64,000 bases of DNA, taken from Macrostomum lignano. Its lineage: Eukaryota. Under the pieces are notes generated by a model, which was not told the DNA's origin, ran no database searches, and saw only the letters and a list, made by a program, of their open reading frames with translations. The DNA is taken from the NCBI GenBank assembly GCA_002269645.1, contig NIVC01003344.1, positions 1 to 64,000 on the forward strand. The letters are read 5' to 3'. Of the stretch, positions 1 to 11,235 are shown in pieces. Numbering within the stretch: the stretch's first letter is position 1; each line of letters starts with the position of its first letter. A program made the translations under genes and the position numbers.

Positions 1-58
1 ATTGATTTTATTTGAAGTTGGAACAACACGAAAAAATCAGAGAGTAGCTTGTACTCAC

Positions 59-1728
59 TTTGTATCGGCAATCTCTGGGCTTTTCTGTAGTCAGTTGATC
101 GATTGTAGTTTTTCGATTGATTGTAGTAAGAGGACCAACCGTTAGTCCGTGATCGGTTACTGTGGATGTCTGTGACTCAAGGGTAAGCACAGAGGGCAGC
201 ACTGTTGAGTCCATACTCCGCGTTGTGCTTGAACAGGATCCAACAGGGGCGCATCGCTTGAGTTCCTCACAGTATGTCTCAGCCTAAAAAATAATTTTAA
301 CGATTACAGAGCAACAGAAAACTCAGATGCACATAAGAATGACAGAAAAAACCTTACAGAGCTGCAGTTCGTCGGTGCTTCGCACAAATCACCAGAAGAA
401 ATGCAAGTCTTTGAAGCCAAACAGGGAACATAGCCAGGATAGCAGCTGAATGAATACTCAATTCGAAGAATCTCGTCTCCAAAGTAGTTTCCGTCAGTTG
501 GAGGCGTGCCTTGCACCGGAAGCAGTCCGTTCCACAGTCTGCATGTCAAATTGACCCTGCCCGGCTGTCTTAGATGCGCTTTAAAGTATGAGCCTTCAAC
601 GATAGCGATAGATATCCTGAGCCGAACTTATAAGGTGGAGCGCCAAGATAGTGGGCGTAGAACGAATATTCGGTGTAGAGCGACGACGCCTCGATGTAGC
701 AGTAGGCAGCCTTCCTCGGCGTCTCTCGACACAGCTGACGAACGTGGTCGTTAAATGAGGATTTGGGAAATTCGGCCTGACCGAGACTGTCGCACCACGG
801 CGCAGATGCTGTGGACTGGTTCAATACTGAGCTTAAAATATTCCTTGGGATGATAATTTCATTAATGTGAGAAGTGCTGTTCTTTTTCAGCACGACCGTT
901 GGGAATCCAGCTGGTGGCGGTCGCAACTTCGGCGGAAGCAGCAATCGAAAGTAGGTTGACACTCTGCGACTACTTTGTTGTCTTTGTTGACGTAGCGAAA
1001 CCTCAGCTTTACCCACGATAGACTCGCATTGGAGCCGGCGTATTTGGATATTTCCTGTGCGTCTGCGCTCTCACAGATGCTGTTATCAGGAAGCCTGTTG
1101 AGTTGGATTTCCTCTCCGATGCGGCTGTTGTTGAGTTTGTTAGATCCAAGTCTCATCACAGGACGACCCGCTTGCTGCACAACGGTGAAGCGAAACTTCA
1201 GACGCGGAAGAATAAAGCAGGAGGCTGCAGGCCACACAAACGGGATAAGCAAATTTTTGTTTGGACACGACCTCTTTGCCACCACTTCATCGCACTGAGC
1301 CTGTGTTAGGCACATTTGGTATCCGGATTGCATCGGATCAGTGGCTCAGTGCTGGTGCGTGTGGCATTGTCACACGGGCTGCTCATGTAATAATTACAGT
1401 TGTCCAAAGACATGTGAACGGTACTGTTGTAGCAGATTCCTTGTTTCGGGCAAAAACTCTGAATATTGGAGAAAGACGTAACATCGAAATGCTTTAGAGA
1501 GATCAAATCTGAAGAAGACCTCGGCATGCCATTATTGTGTCGTTTCAAATGATTTTTTAAGTCTACCCATGCTGCCACAATGTCGTTCTGATTGCTAGTC
1601 ATCAATACTTTTGGACTTTTTAAGTTTAGGTCGATCAAATACTTCCGATTTTCCGATTTTTTAATACTTTTTTTCCAGACACTTTTTTTTCCAGGGGGGT
1701 ACCGAAAGTTACAAAATGCAAAAGCCAC
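59..1728 (-). pseudogene. Degenerate Cys-rich extracellular modular protein gene (C-type lectin/sushi/LDLa-like fragments), continues off the window start
   Basis: Overlapping minus ORFs 1306-1728, 887-1333, 570-1016 and 304-549 switch frames. Motifs WCDSLG..PKS..NDHV (CTL-like), FSCYPGY (sushi-like), TCISSGDLC (LDLa-like). Apparent phase-0 intron 284-357 (GTAAGG...TTTTAG) and a donor GTGAGT at 58. Domain calls are by eye. Confidence 0.35.
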
Positions 1729-2449
1729 TGCAAAAAATACCTTCAGTGGTTATGCAACCTCAATTTTGTTAATCCCCTATGCTGTTAATGAGAATTCGAT
1801 TACAAATAGTTTCGACGAATGATGTATTTAAAAAATGAGCCTTTATCAAAACAAAAGATTAAAGAAGTATTTTGAATAAAAATTTAACGTTTACCTTTGC
1901 TGTTTTGTATTCTATTCATACTTCTTGCCGAATAATTTTGGTTATGCAAGAATCAGTACTGTTAATAAATATCTACTAACTCTATTAGCATATCAACTAA
2001 TGTGTTTACTAATCTATTACTAACACTAACAGTGAGCTTTTGGTCGTTACTTCGTAGCATGCACTTTTTTCCTGATTTTTGCCAAATATTGTTCTTTGAA
2101 ATTAGATTCCGATTACAATTGATAGCAATCTAAATATCAATAATTTATTATAGTCAAACTTGAATAGGTTCAGAGGTCTCTATTCAAGTTTAGGCTGTTA
2201 AATTAGTTGAGGTAATATAATTTTATTTCTAAAAGGGTTTTGGATGGGCTATTCAAGCTCCATGTATATATGGACTAGATTAATTCCCATAAATAATCTA
2301 TAAAATAGTCAATAACCCTAATAAGCTACATATAATTGGGTTGAAGCTACCAAAAAATGAAGCTCATATTTTAAATCAGCACCATCAAAAACCACTAGAG
2401 ACAAAATTCTAATATTCTCAAAACTACAAACAACAAAATAAGTAACCTT

Positions 2450-3075
2450 TTGCTAAAGGAATTTAAAATTGGTGGCTTGAAAACTATTCTGTGCGTCGAC
2501 ACTGAGAGTAAAATCTCTGCAATCCCTCACAACCTGGCTGCAAAGACCGGCCTCGAAATTCAAAGCGACAACACCACGTCTCTGAAAGTGTATGGAGGCT
2601 CTCAGGCAGCTGCTTTTGGAGTGCTGAGGCAGGCTGCGGTCAAGGACAACAGCGGGAAGAGCGCAGTCAAACAATTTTCATTGAACTTCATTCGACAACT
2701 TCATCTGATACCAAACTTGGACTCAAGCTTAAAGTGCGCTGCTGTCACTGTCAACGATGCAAACAAATTCACAGCAAGCTTTCGCCTGAACTATGAAGTA
2801 TCATTCAAGGTTATGTGCTACCCAGTTCCATCACTGTCATTCTTAATGAAAACTAATGTCGAGATCGAGTTGAAGAGACTTCTGGGCGCAGGCAACATTT
2901 ATCCTGCTCAAAATCCGATGGCTGGTGTTGAAGCTCGAAGGACCAGCAAGAGCAGTGCGAATATGCGGAGACTACTCAGTGATACTCAATAGACTCATCT
3001 ATACAGATCAATACAAGCCTTTTCTAGTTTCTTCTACCAAAGCTAGAAGAAATTCTTCATGCCATTCCGAACGCT
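2450..3075 (+). mobile_element. Ty3/gypsy pol relic (aspartic protease plus N-terminal reverse transcriptase)
   Basis: ILCVDTESKISAIP resembles the retropepsin D-T/S-G motif; KTNVEIELKRLLGAGNIYPAQNP and FLLPKLEEILHAIPNAK match the start of gypsy RT. Stops and frameshifts present; truncated before YxDD. Confidence 0.7.
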
Positions 3076-3199
3076 AAGCATTGACATCGAGGTCCGTCAT
3101 CGACCTAGAGGACGCATAATTACAGATAGCCCCTACAGAAGAGAGTCAAAAGTTAACTTGCATCTCTATGCAAGTAGTGAGATATAACAATAAGGGGGT

Positions 3200-4060
3200 G
3201 CGCTATGAGAGTCTACTAATTAACCCAGTCGACTGAACAGCATATTATTATATCATAACAAAAACTATCGAGGTGTCGAAAAGACATTACCCACACCAGA
3301 TGAAGCTCTAGCAAAGAAGCATATAGCTGATGAGAAAATGATTGCTGATTTAGATGCCATTCCAACCAGTGACTTGCCTGTGAAAGAGAGACTCTTTCGA
3401 AATCTAGTGAAACGTATCATTGAGGTCAAAGTTTGCTTTGGATCAGGCATTCAAAGTACTAACCCAAAAATTGCATAGACTGCTTAACCATATATGAAAC
3501 GGTCTTAGTTATAAAGATGCTGTAAAATTGCATAAAGCATATACGAGTAGAAAGCCAAAACCCATTTAGGAAAACTGATTCACTATGCAAAAGGCACCAT
3601 TTGGCATGCTGTTTGACACGTTACGCTTGGACAGTCCCATTTAAAAAGAAAGGCAGAAGCGGAAGTTGCAGAAGCTTCCAAAAAGTATTTGAGGAATCAG
3701 GGAGACGATCGGAGAGACTTTGTGTTGATGAAGGCAAAGAGTTTTAAAATCAGCATATGTACAAGCTCTACTCATTTTTAAATGACAACGTAAGAGAGAA
3801 GAATAAAAATGGATAGTATATTAACAAGATGTGACCAATTTATGGTGAATCCTTAGACTGCAATGATTGAGCGATTCAACTACACTCTCACAAATTAACT
3901 CTGGTTTGAATTCGATCTACAGGGTAATCAGAAGTGGTTGAAAAATACAACAACACAATTCATTCTGAGATTAAACTAAATCTTTAAGAGCGAGTACTAT
4001 AACCTTCCTTTGAGTTTACAGATGTGAACCAAACTTTAATGTAGGTGACAAGGCGCATAT
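3200..4060 (+). mobile_element. Polinton/Maverick (adintovirus-like) relic: parvovirus-type PLA2 fragment followed by retroviral-like c-integrase
   Basis: Manual translation: INPVD..KHIADEKMIADLDAIP..KERLFRNLVKRIIEVKVCFGSG (PLA2-like C-terminal half), then AKGTIWHA, RYAWTVPFKKK, RRSERLCVDEGKEF*N, AMIERFNYTL..LW.EF..QGNQKW and KYNNTIHSEIK, which are hallmark Maverick integrase blocks. Multiple stops and frameshifts. Confidence 0.7.
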
Positions 4061-5867
4061 CTATAGATATAAGGAGCACTTTGAGAAAGGTTGAAAAGTT
4101 TACTGGAAAATTTTGTAAGTGTTCACCATTAAGAAAGTCTATCTGGTTACAAGTACTTTTCTTGTTGGCCTACGCGTAGTTGAATCGTTAACATCCTCAA
4201 TCTTTTGCATATCACGTAGGCGCTATTTATCAGTAGCTACAGATGGCATTTTTCTAAATAACCGTGGTTGTAAAATAAAAAAAACTAAAAGGATTGTTGC
4301 TAGTGCAGAAGGTGGCGCACACGCCTACTGCTGCCTGCAACAGTACAATACAATGGAGAGACAGCAAGAGACAAGTGGCTCTGGGGCAAGGATGAATAGA
4401 GGCCAGCGCACGAGGCCAACTTGCGAGGCCAATTCACGTGCTTATTCTCTCGCTATCGCGCCTACTTGTGTATTATTCGCCTAGACTATACAAGGAATAG
4501 AATTTGAAGAAACTTCTAACTAGAGCGGAGCCTAAAAGCGGCGCCTGCAGCCCCCCTGCGACCGAATAGGTACGTGCTCGGTCTGGTCCGCGGGAAACAA
4601 CTCGTACGCAGACAGGCAATAGTCAAAACCGAATAAAATAAGATGAATGGAGCAAGTGTTTTTTGTCACTACCTGCATGGGCTTGTATTACTATTAGTTG
4701 GTGGCGAGAGAAAGATGACCCCTCTTAGCATTTACAATACCGAGTTTCTGTGTTAGCAGTTGCTACCCAGCAAGGGTGGGGCGAGATTAGTCAGGTTTTT
4801 GTGTAAAATACCTTCCGTCAACTGCCGACTTGTGAATTCTTCACAAGAGATAACTGTTTGAATTCTGACTGCAATTTTTTGTGTGATGTAGTGTACAATA
4901 GACTCATATGAATGACCTCACAAATGCTCTTTTTTAATATTCATACTAATAGATCTTTCTAGCACGCATTTATCAATAATTCGAGTGTAAGTTAAATGCA
5001 TGATCTTAATTTAACTCATATCGCTACAGCTATATTTCCTTTATTAAATGTTGAAAATGTATAACACTACACTTCAGATACACATACATGTTAACATGAA
5101 ACCAGTAACGTCAAAGCGCTCACCAAGTTATTTAAACGACACTGCTGCTCCTTATCCAGGAGGCGTTCTAAACAGGCGCTCATGTTTGTGCAGCCGTTAG
5201 CAGCAGGACAGTCGAACTCCCCCTGTGGTTTAATACAAAGGCGTCATGAGTTCAACCGGCACATAAAGCTTTTAAATTTGACGTTAAGTTAAATTATCGT
5301 TATGCGCGGGACATTCTTGACTACAGTTTCCTGTATTAAGACTTGATTGCGATATATTTTGTAAAGGCTCTGAGTACTCGTAACTCTTCATGGCCGTTTA
5401 CAACGGCATAAAAAACAAATATGCACGCAATCAAACGGGTTGTATATCTACATTTTTGCATCCAATTGTATTTGTATTTGTATTTAAATAACAATTATAC
5501 ATAAGCCAGTGAGTCAGTCAAATCACTTACTGCATCCGAACAATTTCTAATCGCAAATACGTCTTGAGGTCCGGTTAGCAGCAGCTGCAGGACCAGCCAG
5601 AGTCCCAGCATGGCGCCTGCCATTTTTGCAGTGAGGCTAAAATTTGTGTTGATTTTCATATTAAATAGCCTTCTACCAGCTAGAAATCTATCGGCAAGTT
5701 TATAACGCGGAGTTACTCGAGCCTATGAAAATTTTACTGAAAAAATTGCTTTCCTTAGAAAAAACATTTTTGGCAAGCAGATAAGCAGATTGTACAAATC
5801 CTAGCTAGCGATACGCATAAATTTGAATTGGAGGGGCCGCAACCCTTAGGAGCACCACTATTTGATG

Positions 5868-6680
5868 TCTTTGTGGGCGCTCCCTGACTCTTTGATGAGC
5901 GCCCCTGTCTCTTGGTTGGCGCCCCTGTCTCTTGGTTGGCGCCCCTGTCTCTTGGTTGGCGCCCCTGTCTCTTAGTTGGCGCCCGTGTCTCTTGGTTGGT
6001 GCCCCTGTCTCTTGGTTGGCGCCCCTGTCTCTTAGTTGGCGCCCGTGTCTCTTTGTTGGCGCCCCTGTCTCTTGGTTGGCACCCGTGTCTCTTTGTTAGC
6101 GCCCCTGTCTCTTAGTTGGCGCCCGTGTCTCTTGGTTGGCGCCCCTGTCTCTGGGTTGGTGCCCCTGTCTCTTGGTTGGCGCCCCTGTCTCTTAGTTGGC
6201 GCCCGTGTCTCTTTGTTGGCGCCCCTGTCTCTTGGTTGGCGCCCGTGTCTCTTTGTTGGCGCCCCTGTCTCTTGGTTGGCGCCCGTGTCTCTTGATTGGC
6301 GCCCCTGTCTATTTGTTGGCGCCCCTGTCTCTTAGTTGGCGCCCGTGTCTCTTGGTTGGCGCCCCTGTCTCTGGGTTGGTGCCCCTGTCTCTTGGTTGGC
6401 GCCCCTGTCTCTTAGTTGGCGCCCGTGTCTCTTTGTTGGCGCCCCTGTCTCTTGGTTGGCACCCGTGTCTCTTTGTTAGCGCCCCTGTCTCTTAGTTGGC
6501 GCCCGTGTTTCTTGATTGGCGCCCCTGTCTATTTGTTGGCGCCCCTGTCTCTTAGTTGGCGCCCGTGTCTCTTGATTGGCGCCCCTGTCGATTTGTTGGC
6601 GCCCCTGTCTCTTAGTTGGCGCCCGTGTCTTTTGATTAGCGCCCGTGTCTCTTGGTTTGCGCCTCCTACCTCTGTCTCTT
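5868..6680. repeat. 20-bp minisatellite (GCCCCTGTCTCTTGGTTGGC)n
   Basis: About 40 near-identical units read directly. Confidence 0.95.
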
Positions 6681-7124
6681 AGGCCGGTTGATGAAATGAA
6701 GTGAATCCTATTTCATTTAAGTCTTTGGATAAGGGAGGGATACCATGGTAAGGGAGGCCCAGAATATAACATTGAAAACTATTATATAACTTTCGTGGAT
6801 AACCAGACGCAAGATAAACAACTGCTTTTATTTTTAAAACTTAATAAAACTTCAAGATTTTTCAGGCTGCAACCCTTGAGCAACGCAGTAAAAATCACTA
6901 AAGAAGCTCGCATGTAGATGTAGGTCGTGAATATGAGCCAGTTTACTCACCGACTTATTAGAAGACAAAACGATGGCTATAGTCAAGTTTCTAGTTTTGT
7001 GTGCCACCAAGTTTCAGTTCGCGGCTATTATGCGATGAGTTTTGTATTCAACTATTCAAGCCCTTCTTGAGGCTTACGAGGCTTTAAATGACCAATGAGA
7101 AATTTACTGTGCAAATTATAAGTT

Positions 7125-7340
7125 ATAGCCTGGTTCGCAGGTGCAAAAAGACTGAGAAAGTGGACTGGGGCGAGTGGGGCTCAAAAGTCCTGCAAAGGGC
7201 AACCGGAGACAAATAGGGCTTGTTTGCAGCTCGTAAAAATGGTAATTCAGCAGGCTGAGTGCTTCGCACAATGTTGGACTGGAGGAGGCTGGAAATGAGG
7301 TGGGCTGGCCTCCGGCGCAGTACAGGCGGGTCTACGACAC
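7125..7340 (+). mobile_element. Possible non-LTR retrotransposon 3' fragment
   Basis: VLRTMLDWRR...GWPP resembles the C-terminal W..R..GRP block of RTE/L2 ORF2; weak. Confidence 0.25.
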
Positions 7341-7539
7341 TTGACCGCCACACTTGACCGCCGCTTAATATACTTAAGCGTCACTTAAAATTCCACTTCC
7401 TCAAATAGTGTCAAATAACAGAATAACAGCTAGCATATTCACAGTTTCTTGTAAATAGTTTCCCTTCTAGTTTCTAGTTTCCCTTGCCGCAAAAAATAGA
7501 GCGATCAAATTGTTGGTGCCAAATAGGGCGGCGAAATTG

Positions 7540-7890
7540 CGGTGGTTTAATTGTCGGTGGTTTAACTGTCGGTGGTTTAATTGTCGTCGGTTTAATTGTC
7601 GGTGGTTTAATTGTCGGTGGTTTAATTGTCGGTGGTTTAATTGTCGGTGGTTTAATTGTCGGTGGTTTAATTGTCGGTGGTTTAACTGTCGGTTGTTTAA
7701 TTGTCGGTTGTTTAATTGTCGGTGGTTTAATTGTCGTTGGTTTAATTGTCGGTTGTTTAATTGTCGGTGGTTTAATTGTCGGTGGTTTAATTGTCGGTGG
7801 TTTAATTGTCGGTGGTTTAATTGTCGGTGGTTTAATTGTCGGTGGTTTAATTGTCAGTGGTTTAATTGTCGGTGGTTTAATTGTCGGCGG
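7540..7890. repeat. 15-bp minisatellite (GGTGGTTTAATTGTC)n
   Basis: About 23 tandem units. Confidence 0.95.
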
Positions 7891-8349
7891 TTAAATTATG
7901 GCGGTCAGTTGTCGGTCTCCCAGGACATGCTACTCTGCTCCTACGATCTAGAAAGCGTGACTATCATCGCGGTAAACAAAACATGAGCAATGAGCATACA
8001 ATCGTTACAATGAGCCTTGCTTTCTCACGGTTTTAAATTTTACTAATCTGCTCCACAAAATTAATTATCTTTCTCCGTCTTTTACTTGTTTTGGTTCGAT
8101 GCCCGACGGTTGCATTGCTTAGTCAGTTAGACTGTCAGTTCGAATAAGTGTTGACCTTAAACATTCACATATTCCACTACTTATTGAGGAGAAATTAAAT
8201 TGAATAAGCAAGAAATGCGGAAGTTTGGAAATTACTGCATGGGCTAAAGCCTCCAAAATAGCAAAGACAATTAAAACACCTTAGGCAACGCGCTGGCTGG
8301 ACAAACAAAGGGCTCAATCTGTCCTTGGTCAGTCTACTCTCGTACCGGT

Positions 8350-8435
8350 GAGTATCAGTACGCTCGTACGCTCAGTACGCTCATCAGTACGGTACGCTCA
8401 TGTACGATCATGTACGCTCATGTACGCTCGTACCA
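8350..8435. repeat. Short GTACGCTC-based repeat cluster
   Basis: About 7 imperfect copies. Confidence 0.7.
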
Positions 8436-9299
8436 CTTCAAGCCAGGACTCCTGACCTTAGGGTCTCCTTCCGGTGGCAGCAAGCACCTTACGATTTCCG
8501 TGTCGGTGAATGGTAGCTGCTTTGCAGTCTCCATCGAAATTTCTAATCTCCCCAACGACTTCCAACCAGAAAACGTTTGTCAGAAAACGGAATAGCTATT
8601 AAAACCGTCTCACTCGCTCAAAGATGTCGATTCGTTACTTGGCAAAACAGAAGGATGATACTAAGATCGAAAAATTGGTAATTGGTAAAATATTATTAAG
8701 GTGGTTACACAACTACCACCAGTAAATGTGTTGTGATGTTAGGATACACCTTGTGTGCCAACAGGAAACTCAATAAATTATTTTCAGACAACTACTCGAC
8801 ATCGTAGTAAGGTGACGTTCTATTTGAAACGTAGGAAAGGCTAGAAATTGCTTATACGCTCGTAGAGGCAATACAGCGAGTGGACTTTTAATGACCCAGG
8901 GTACTACGTTCTGAATATAGAATACAAAATGGAATGCTTGGGCTTGAACACACTATAACAACGAGCTACATGTAGCTCTGCGGGTCCAAGATTGCTCAAA
9001 TCAATGTTAAAATGAGTCTGAATCAACTGTAAATAATGTGAACCGGCCTTTACATGTTCTTTACAGACTTTTTTTAGGAGTCTGCATGGTTCGATGCTCT
9101 AACCGCTAAACTACAACTCCAGTTGTGTCAGACTACAGATTTGTGTGCCAGACAACAGGTTTTCGTTTCAAATTACAGATACTTCTGTCAGATAGCAGAC
9201 AATGTGTTAGTTTATAATTTTCGCGTAAGATTTTCGTGGCGAATTGCAAATTTGTATCAATAGCACTAATGTAATGTCATATTATAGATAGATTATTGT

Positions 9300-9690
9300 G
9301 TCAGATAACCGATTTTTGTGTCAGAAGTGTGGATATTTGTGTCAGAGGTGTGGATATTCGTGTCAGAGGTGTGGATATTTGTGTCAGAGGTGTGGATATT
9401 TGTGTCAGAGGTTGCCGAAATTTGTGTCAGACATATGCCAATGTTTGTCTCAAACGTGCCGATTTCTGTGTCAGAAGTGCCGATGCTTGTGTCAAAAGTG
9501 CAGATGTATGTGTCAGAGGTCAGATGTTTGTGTCAAAAGTGCAGATGTATGTGTCAGAGGTCAGATGTTTGTGTCAAAAGTGCAGATGTATGTGTCAGAG
9601 GTCAGATGTTTGTGTCAAAAGTGCAGATGTATGTGTCAGAGGTGCAGATGTTTGTGTCAGTGGTGCCGATAATTGTGTCAGAGGTTGCCG
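9300..9690. repeat. Compound minisatellite (TGTGTCAGAGGTGTGGATATT / TGTGTCAAAAGTGCAGATGTA variants)
   Basis: Roughly 20-21-bp tandem units; all three frames give repetitive pseudo-ORFs. Confidence 0.85.
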
Positions 9691-10544
9691 ATGTTCGTGT
9701 CGATTGTTCAAGCGCAGAGTCCATGGCAGAACGAGCTGACAGCGGAGGGCAGCTCAGTCAGTTCCATAAATCGGCCAGGGCCCAATTATGACAGAGGATT
9801 AATTTTTGCTAACCCGTCAACAACTTGACGGATAGCCAATCAGAAAAACGATGATTTTCACTCAGACATCCGGGTGTAAATCTGTGCTCGCAATGTTTTG
9901 CTTAGGTCTAGAAAGCATTATAACAATTAGATTAGCGAAATGTGATTAAGCCAGTGAGCTCTGGCTATTGTTGTGAATTAATCCCGCTGGGAAAAATATT
10001 TACGTACTCCACATATAGTATATTAGCTTTAGCATCGACTCTCAAGGACTCTCTCGGGGACTCAATAGATACAGTAACCGCATAAGTTAGAAGAGGCGTG
10101 CAATTAATTATCGGACGGGAGTTGGGAATAAACAATAGCAAATAGTCTATTGTGCCTGTGCAGTTGTGTTTCGTTCTGCTTGCATAAAAATAAAAACCAT
10201 AATAAAAAAGATTAGATTGCGTTCTTTGTGTTAAAAGAAAAAAAAACGTAAAAAATCGTACAAAGTAACATCAAAATAGCGAAGCAACTTCTATTCTTTA
10301 GTCCAGAAACAGACGATTAAATCTTAATATTCCACTAGAAGTAGAAGCAGAGTACATTTCGTTTCTAAAAATTTATGAGGCCTATGTTTGGCTAAACAAC
10401 CGAGTAACCGCTACATAATATAATAACTAGATGGCATTCACTTAGCTTAGCCTAGCACATGTGCGTTTAAGCTACTCGTAATTTCAGTTCAGTACGTAGA
10501 AAGTCAAATAGAAGCATTTTAACGTTTTTTAGGACACCGACAAG

Positions 10545-10970
10545 ATTTTTATTGGCCATCTCATCCCCCCTCTTTTTGCACAAGATCTCTAACCCGGCCT
10601 GCCCCAATTTTATTGCCTTCCTCGGTGTTCCAGTCTAAAGTTGTCATGTGCATTATATAAGGGTAATAAGGCTCGCTTATTGGCTCTATCACCCCTCCCC
10701 CGGGTTTGAACCCCTCCGACCGCCTCCCCCGGGTTTGAACCCCTCCGGCCGCGACCTTCCGCACAAAATCTCTTACCCCCGGCCTACCCCCACTTTTATT
10801 GCCTTCCTCGATGTTCCAGGCTAAAGCTCCCATGTACATCATTTAGGCTCATTTATTGGCTCTCTCACCCACCAACCCCCTCCGACTGAACCCCTCCGAC
10901 TGCGTCTTTCCGCATAAAATCTCTACCCCCCAATTTTTATTGCATTCCTTAGTGTTCCAGCCTTAATCTG
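10545..10970. repeat. Three diverged tandem copies of a ~150-200-bp unit
   Basis: Shared blocks TTTTATTGCCTTCCTCG.TGTTCCAG, TATTGGCTCT and GAACCCCTCCG recur. Confidence 0.7.
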
Positions 10971-11235
10971 CGTGCCACGTACATTTCCAGTGGGCAGTGG
11001 AGGTGACTAATGTACAGTATGGCTGCACCAATAGCCGGTTGTTTACGCCTACAAGTCATGGCAACTGCTTTTCTTTTCATAAATTACCTTTTCTGAATTG
11101 AAATTAGAAAAACTCATTAGTTTAGAGGAACTTTACCAAACAAATATGGCCTCATATAACTTCTCAAGAAACGGAGTGTCCATTGCTAATTCCTAGTACT
11201 TTTAGCAGCGATCAATTGAGTTAATTATGAGCGAT

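Noticed and set aside
9296-9791. Cys-rich CQRCGYL zinc-finger/metallothionein-like ORF
   Set aside because: All three frames are open and repetitive because of the minisatellite.
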